The notes under the pieces were generated by a model. The model made no database searches. It was not told where the DNA came from and was given only the letters and a program-made list of their open reading frames with translations. DNA of 35,269 nucleotides, from the IMG/VR virus record IMGVR_UViG_3300032320_001728, positions 1 through 35,269 of that record; one strand, 5' to 3'. Of this stretch, positions 29,576-35,269 are shown piece after piece (within the stretch, counting starts at the first letter, position 1; each line of letters opens with the position of its first letter). Origin of the DNA: a virus (lineage: Duplodnaviria; Caudoviricetes). Made by a program: the position numbers and the translations under genes.

Positions 29576-30295
29576 TTAATCTAAATCTTGGTTAATAATC
29601 GCATTAATAATTTCATCAATTCTTTCATCATATAAATGTTCTGGATGAAATTGTAACCCAAGAATTGGTAAGCTTTCATGTATAAACATTTCAACTACTT
29701 TTTCTCTATCTGTAGTACACATAGGCAATAGCTCAGGAGAATTTTTTGTAAGATTTTCTAAGCTTACTGATTGATGATGTAAACTATTAAAATCAAAACC
29801 TTCTTTACTACCTTTATAAGCACTATTTTTTGTAAATACTCCTATCCTTCTAGGGAATTGTACAGTAACATTTTTATGTACTACATCTTCTCTTTCTTTA
29901 GATTGTGGATGAAAATACAAATGTTGTGTTAAAGGACTTCCAAAATATACAGCTAATGTTTGCATACCTCTACATATACCTACAATTGGTTTACCTGATT
30001 GTACAATTTTAGGTAAACAATAAGTATCAAAACTTTCTAGTATTTGATTAGGTGGCCATGTCCAAATATGAGGCACTTCATTATACCTAACTGGATTAAC
30101 ATCTGCTCCTCCAGGTAATACAAAAGCATCTACTTCTGTAATAATTCTATCTATTTCAGTATGCTCATTAGGAGATATTATCCTAACTGTACCGAATTGA
30201 GTTAAATAATCATAATAAGGTTTAGTTACACCAAAACTGTTGTCTCCAACATTCCAGCCTACAATTGCAATTACTTTTTTTTGTGTTTTATTCAT
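29576..30295 (-). CDS. Class I glutamine amidotransferase / peptidase C26 (PuuD-like gamma-glutamyl hydrolase)
   Basis: PGGADVNP, GICRGMQ, NSLHHQ, GLQFHPE; the Cys-His-Glu triad is intact. Confidence 0.92.
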   Translation of the reverse strand: MNKTQKKVIAIVGWNVGDNSFGVTKPYYDYLTQFGTVRIISPNEHTEIDRIITEVDAFVLPGGADVNPVRYNEVPHIWTWPPNQILESFDTYCLPKIVQSGKPIVGICRGMQTLAVYFGSPLTQHLYFHPQSKEREDVVHKNVTVQFPRRIGVFTKNSAYKGSKEGFDFNSLHHQSVSLENLTKNSPELLPMCTTDREKVVEMFIHESLPILGLQFHPEHLYDERIDEIINAIINQDLD

Positions 30296-30312
30296 TTTTA
30301 AATTGTTTTTAA

Positions 30313-31407
30313 TTATACTTTATTATGTTCAAATAAATCTATAAAAATATAAGGATTTAATTTTATTACTACATAATCATTAGGAGCATAGCTATTTTTA
30401 CATATATTATACGGTAATATATCTATTATAACTTTATCTAATTCTACTGTACCTGCCGCTAATTTTTTAAATGCTTTTTCAAATATTTCATAAGATTCAA
30501 CACCTTCATAATACAAAGCATTCATTAATTGTACAACTAATGATAAAGTTTTGTTAGGTAACCCTGTTGCTAAAGGTCCATTAAAAGAAATATTAACACT
30601 ATTATTTCTAGATAAAGAACTAATAACTTCTTTTATACTAGAAGTAATTTTACCAATACAAGGAGATGAATAATACCAAGAATTTGATATATCTAATCTT
30701 TTAAAAGATTGATTAGAAGCATAAAATACATTATAAGTACTATTTAAAGTATAATTATTTTGATTAAATTCATCTTCACATTTATTAGCACCATTATAAA
30801 ATGGAACATAACCTCCTATAATTGTAGCAACTATAAATATTTGATAAGCTGTTAACTTTTTACCTGTTTCAACTACTTTATGACAAATAGCAGGTATTTG
30901 AGCACCTGAACTAAATGAATAAATATATCTAGATAATTGAAATGTAGCAAAATAATGATAATTAGATTTAAAATCTGAATGATTTAATCTTATTAGATAT
31001 TCTGTTTTATCTGAACAATCTAATGTCATAGGAAAACCTAATTCTGTACAAAAATCTACCCAAAATTGTATATAATCTGAAGGTACATCAAAACCTGCAA
31101 TTTTAGATACATCTTCTATATATTTTCTTTCTATAAAATGAATAGTTTCACTACAATTATCAAATAAATTATTCATTCTTAAATTTTGAGCACACCCAAA
31201 ACTATGAGTAGTTACAGCTTTTGTATTTTTAGTAATAGTATGAACTTTAGCTTGATGGTACATCTTTTTAGTAGGATTATTACCTGCTGAATAAGATACA
31301 ATCTCTCTAATCATATTACCTAAAGCTTGTATTTTAGGTTCTATTTGACTTCTTAATTCTTCTTTAAATGAAATTATTTCATTTGTTTTTTCTTTAGTTA
31401 ATTCCAT
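30313..31407 (-). CDS. Hypothetical protein inside the amide-ligase cluster
   Basis: 364-aa ORF between the ATP-grasp and C26 genes; no recognised family. Confidence 0.7.
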   Translation of the reverse strand: MELTKEKTNEIISFKEELRSQIEPKIQALGNMIREIVSYSAGNNPTKKMYHQAKVHTITKNTKAVTTHSFGCAQNLRMNNLFDNCSETIHFIERKYIEDVSKIAGFDVPSDYIQFWVDFCTELGFPMTLDCSDKTEYLIRLNHSDFKSNYHYFATFQLSRYIYSFSSGAQIPAICHKVVETGKKLTAYQIFIVATIIGGYVPFYNGANKCEDEFNQNNYTLNSTYNVFYASNQSFKRLDISNSWYYSSPCIGKITSSIKEVISSLSRNNSVNISFNGPLATGLPNKTLSLVVQLMNALYYEGVESYEIFEKAFKKLAAGTVELDKVIIDILPYNICKNSYAPNDYVVIKLNPYIFIDLFEHNKV

Positions 31408-31408
31408 A

Positions 31409-32254
31409 TTATCTGTTTGCTTTATCTTTAATTAATTTAGGAATTTCTTCAATGTATTTTTGTAATGTTACAGCTCCAAACCCTGGTGCACTGCAACTCT
31501 CAACGATAATCCATTCAGGGTTATTACGTTCTCTACCTTCTTTAGATCCTTGTACCATTACATCAAATCCACAAATATCAAGACCTAAAGCTTTTTGAGC
31601 TTTCATACAATCCTCTACAATTAAATCCCAATTATTAGGTTTTTTAAAAGCTGGATTAGTTTCTAAAGCAAAAGTACAATAATCTTCATGTCTTTGCCAA
31701 GTACTTTCGGGTGCATCACTTCTTAGTAATTTTCTACAAGCATAAAAACAACCATTCTTACTAATATGTAATCTATACTCTCTAGAATAGCCTACAAATT
31801 GCTCAAATATATAATCATTTAATACTTTATTATTCATCCAAGCTTCTAATTCTCTTTTGCTATCATGTTTAGTATTACCTACTCCACGACTACCATAGTG
31901 AGACTTAGTTATAATAGGATATTTATTTTCAGCCCAAGCTAATACAGATTCTCTATTAGGAATTCCAGCATACCATAAAGCTGTTTTAACTTCAGCTTGA
32001 TTAAAACATCGTTTCATCAATAACTTACTAGCACTATTTCTAACACCTGTAACACTATTAATTTCAATTCTACTATATAACCCATCTCCAGATGTAGTAG
32101 AGCCTAATCTAACTATACTTCTATATGGAAGTAAAGGTAATTCCCTTCTTAATGGGCTATGACTAGGATGTCTACTTCTAACTTGCGGTCTAAATCTAGT
32201 AGGTACTTTTTTAGTAGGAGCTTTTACTCCAACATTCTTTCTTTTAACTAACAT
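31409..32254 (-). CDS. ATP-grasp ligase (RimK/YheC-like, phage type)
   Basis: NSASKLLMK, YPIITK..YGSRGVG, FEQFV...REYRLHI, GLDICGFDV, IVESCSAPG. Confidence 0.85.
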   Translation of the reverse strand: MLVKRKNVGVKAPTKKVPTRFRPQVRSRHPSHSPLRRELPLLPYRSIVRLGSTTSGDGLYSRIEINSVTGVRNSASKLLMKRCFNQAEVKTALWYAGIPNRESVLAWAENKYPIITKSHYGSRGVGNTKHDSKRELEAWMNNKVLNDYIFEQFVGYSREYRLHISKNGCFYACRKLLRSDAPESTWQRHEDYCTFALETNPAFKKPNNWDLIVEDCMKAQKALGLDICGFDVMVQGSKEGRERNNPEWIIVESCSAPGFGAVTLQKYIEEIPKLIKDKANR

Positions 32255-32892
32255 ACTTTAATTTTCTTTAAATTTTTAATCTTAGTTTTATATACTTTAG
32301 ATTCATATTGTATTTCACAATAATTCTTATCTAAAATTCTATTTAATAATACTTCTTTTTTAACAGGTATATTTAAATGCTTATTCCTAATTAATCTATG
32401 AAATTTACCTGGAAGTAATTTATAAAAATAATCAATATTCTTAATTGCTTTAGGTTGACTAGGTTTTAAACCACTTAAATCTACAGGTATTAAACTAATA
32501 TCTACTTCACTAAGTACAAATCTATAATTTATACCATCTATAGGTATTAATATAGTATCTCTAATTACTTCATCTTTCTTACAAAGTTTACCATATTCTA
32601 TTATACAGTTTCTACCTTCAAATACTTGATTTAAAGCTTTCTTTTTAGTTCTCTTATGTCCAAATATATCTATAGATTGATCTATTCTTAAAACAGTTAT
32701 ATTTACATAATTAAAATTAATACCTGTATATCTCCATTGTAAATTACTTATGCTACTTTTATGATACATAGTATTAGGTACATCTATAAACTCATTTAAG
32801 TTATCTAAAGATACTACTCTAATTCTAGTTTTAGTAGCACCTAATTGAATATATGGAACACCTCGTATTACTATTATATTTTTTAAATCCAT
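32248..32892 (-). CDS. Hypothetical basic protein
   Basis: 214-aa ORF coupled to its neighbours. Confidence 0.7.
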   Translation of the reverse strand: MDLKNIIVIRGVPYIQLGATKTRIRVVSLDNLNEFIDVPNTMYHKSSISNLQWRYTGINFNYVNITVLRIDQSIDIFGHKRTKKKALNQVFEGRNCIIEYGKLCKKDEVIRDTILIPIDGINYRFVLSEVDISLIPVDLSGLKPSQPKAIKNIDYFYKLLPGKFHRLIRNKHLNIPVKKEVLLNRILDKNYCEIQYESKVYKTKIKNLKKIKVC

Positions 32893-32893
32893 T

Positions 32894-33769
32894 TTAGTTT
32901 CTTAAAGCTTGTAAATATTGAGACCAAGTATAACCATATTCATCTTGTTTTTCTTGATTTAATGTAGCATTACTATCATTAGGATTATAATACCATACTT
33001 TCTTTCTAATAGTATTACACCAAGAAGTTCTAAAATGGTCTCTACTAACAATAGTAGTTAATATTTGTAATACTTCTCTTAAAGTACAAGCAGGATAATA
33101 GTATTTACAAATCATAAATATATCACCTAAACTACGTCTTCTACCCCAATCAGTTTGTACTTCATGATTATCAACAAAAATAGTATTTTTAGATTCACCT
33201 TGCTCTTCATCTGTTTCATTATTACCATTCCACTCCATAAAGAACTTTTCAATAAATTGAGCAAGAGTTTCCCTTCTAGTTCTTAATGTTCTTTCTAATC
33301 TTATAGATCTAGTATAAGAATCTGTTATAATTCTTTCTAAAGTATTTAACATTGTAGTATTATTAGTTGTAGTAGTTGTAGGATTAGTAGGTGGGGTAGT
33401 TAAACTGTTTGCAGGAATATCATATACAGCAGTTAAATCTACAGCTCTGATAATAGCTCTTCTTCTATCATTAGGTTGAAAATCTACTACAGCTCTATTC
33501 TTTTTATAGCAAATAGATATTACAGTACCTTGTAAATTTACTCCTTCTGAAAGGTAAATATAAGATTGATTCTTTTCAACTCTATGATGAACAGTTCTTG
33601 TCTTATTTATTATTTTAGTAATACTAAAACCTGGTATTCCTAACATGTCTTGTAACCCTACTTCTGGACCATATATTGAACCTACGCTCCTAGTTACATA
33701 TAAACCAGTTCTAGTATCTAATACATATAAACAATTACCTATTGTAAATTCTAAAATTTGACTTGTCAT
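32894..33769 (-). CDS. Hypothetical two-domain protein with Thr/Pro linker
   Basis: 291-aa ORF; TTPPTNPTTTTTNNTT linker. Confidence 0.7.
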   Translation of the reverse strand: MTSQILEFTIGNCLYVLDTRTGLYVTRSVGSIYGPEVGLQDMLGIPGFSITKIINKTRTVHHRVEKNQSYIYLSEGVNLQGTVISICYKKNRAVVDFQPNDRRRAIIRAVDLTAVYDIPANSLTTPPTNPTTTTTNNTTMLNTLERIITDSYTRSIRLERTLRTRRETLAQFIEKFFMEWNGNNETDEEQGESKNTIFVDNHEVQTDWGRRRSLGDIFMICKYYYPACTLREVLQILTTIVSRDHFRTSWCNTIRKKVWYYNPNDSNATLNQEKQDEYGYTWSQYLQALRN

Positions 33770-34473
33770 TATTGTAATTTTTTTATTTCGTTATTAATTA
33801 AGTTTTTAATATAATCTTCTTGTTCTTTTGTAAAGATTTGTTCAGTTTTAACTTCAGTTTTTGCAAAATTAATAATTTCAGCCCATTTACCATTATGATA
33901 AACATAAGCTGGAAGATAATTATTATTATATTGAACTACAATATCATTACTACTATCCCAAAATTTAGGAATTGAACTACAAATAACTTCTTGATTAGTA
34001 GTTACTGTTTTAAAATGAGTACCAATAGGATACCTACGTTTAGCTTCAGCTAATAACTTTTCTGAAGTAGGCTGATTTTGAGCATCATAAGCTTCTTTAG
34101 TTGAAGGTTTAAATTTACTATGATGACCTTCAGTACTGTTATACTTAGTTCCTGGAATTTTTATATCACATAAAACTAAACCTGATGTATTAACTATATA
34201 TATTCTACCTAAAGTATAAGAAGCACCAAGACTTTTAATACATTCAACATATTTAGGTATTACTTCTTCTTTATATATTGGTTCAAACCATAAGTCTAAT
34301 ACTCTTGCTTGTTTAAGGTTTTTTATAAAATTTCCTTCAATAGTAAAAGCACTATTAAAGTAATTATTAATAAATTCTACAGGATTGTCGTAAACAGATA
34401 TTCCTGTAATAGATATAACAGCGTTTACATATTCAGGTTTAATTAATTTATAACCTATTATTTTTTTATTCAT
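33769..34473 (-). CDS. Hypothetical modular protein
   Basis: 234-aa ORF immediately after the polymerase gene; TAATG coupling to the next gene. Confidence 0.7.
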   Translation of the reverse strand: MNKKIIGYKLIKPEYVNAVISITGISVYDNPVEFINNYFNSAFTIEGNFIKNLKQARVLDLWFEPIYKEEVIPKYVECIKSLGASYTLGRIYIVNTSGLVLCDIKIPGTKYNSTEGHHSKFKPSTKEAYDAQNQPTSEKLLAEAKRRYPIGTHFKTVTTNQEVICSSIPKFWDSSNDIVVQYNNNYLPAYVYHNGKWAEIINFAKTEVKTEQIFTKEQEDYIKNLINNEIKKLQ

Positions 34474-34474
34474 T

Positions 34475-35269
34475 TTAAAATAATTTTAATTGTGTTTTTT
34501 GTATGTTATTAATTTCTTTTTGTGCTTCTTTTATATAGTATTTGTAATTAATATTGTAGTCTTTAAAAGGTTTTTCTACATAATTATTAAATATAGTTAC
34601 TTGATAACCTGAATTAATAACTTCACTTGTTCCTTTACTATAATACTTTATAAAATTAGCTCCTTTATTAGAAATATAATATCTAACATTTTTTTGTTGT
34701 TTTTCTACTATTTCTTTACTATTAACTAAATTTAAATAATGAATTTGTCCATAACTATCTTTAGTAAACTTTTGTCTACCACAAAAATCATATATATTAG
34801 TATGATTTTTAATAGTATCCTCAATAGGTATATTATTAACAAAGTATTCTTGTAAAGCTAAAGGTATAATTCTAAAACTATTATCTTTATGATAAGCTGG
34901 TTCAGAACCTACAACTTTATCTACTTCAAATCTACCTTTATTTTTAATTTTACTTTTAGTAGTTACAGCTAAATAATTATTAACATCTCCTATAATCATT
35001 TTAGAGTATTCAACATACTCTAAAGTTAATTTAGTTTTATTTTCCCATTCTTTACAGATTTTATAATAAGTATCAACAGCTTTTCTATTAATTCTAATAG
35101 TTATACCATCAGTATTAATTTGTAATATAGTTAAATCTGCAATACTATCAGTTATCCAATCAGCTAACATACTTAATAATAGTTGACCATTAAGTGTAAT
35201 AGCCATTGTAAATTGAGGGTCATATAAGAAACTATTAATATCATTACTCTTACCATATACACTATTAGC
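34475..35269 (-). CDS. Family B DNA polymerase, C-terminal part (5'-truncated by the window)
   Basis: Frame is open to the window end: ANSVYGKS...FLYDP...TLNGQL (motif B), QINTDGI (motif C), DVNNY, KGRF. Confidence 0.92.
   Translation of the reverse strand, partial: ANSVYGKSNDINSFLYDPQFTMAITLNGQLLLSMLADWITDSIADLTILQINTDGITIRINRKAVDTYYKICKEWENKTKLTLEYVEYSKMIIGDVNNYLAVTTKSKIKNKGRFEVDKVVGSEPAYHKDNSFRIIPLALQEYFVNNIPIEDTIKNHTNIYDFCGRQKFTKDSYGQIHYLNLVNSKEIVEKQQKNVRYYISNKGANFIKYYSKGTSEVINSGYQVTIFNNYVEKPFKDYNINYKYYIKEAQKEINNIQKTQLKLF

Noticed and set aside
1-35269. Stop-codon reassignment as in some crAss-like phages
   Set aside because: Genes are full-length and tightly packed under the standard code; the two apparent gene breaks are explained by insertions and end in TAA.
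1-35269. tRNA genes, CRISPR arrays, inteins
   Set aside because: No intergenic space or motif supporting them was seen by eye; RNR, helicase and the polymerase fragment are of normal length.

Overview
Very AT-rich segment of a crAss-like (Crassvirales-type) phage genome. Bacteroidota-type TTG/TAnnTTTG promoters point to a Bacteroidota host, and the standard genetic code fits. The left 7.8 kb (+ strand) is the 3' part of a giant (>2580 aa) virion/ejection-type protein with zincin-like motifs. It converges at a bidirectional terminator (~7783-7828) with a 27 kb minus-strand block. In transcription order that block holds: the family B DNA polymerase C-terminus; hypotheticals; an ~9 kb phiEco32-like amide-ligase cluster (ATP-grasp ligase, C26 glutaminase, COOH-NH2 ligase, two class II glutamine amidotransferases, amidoligase-2) with an HNH gene inserted in the first codons of one amidotransferase; DnaB helicase; an AAA ATPase split by a group IA2 intron carrying a GIY-YIG endonuclease; SSB; primase; RusA-like resolvase; 5'-3' exonuclease; DUF5664 protein; dUTPase; a degenerate uracil-DNA glycosylase; DnaQ-like exonuclease; class II ribonucleotide reductase; small proteins. 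All calls rest on motif recognition by eye; no database searches were run.
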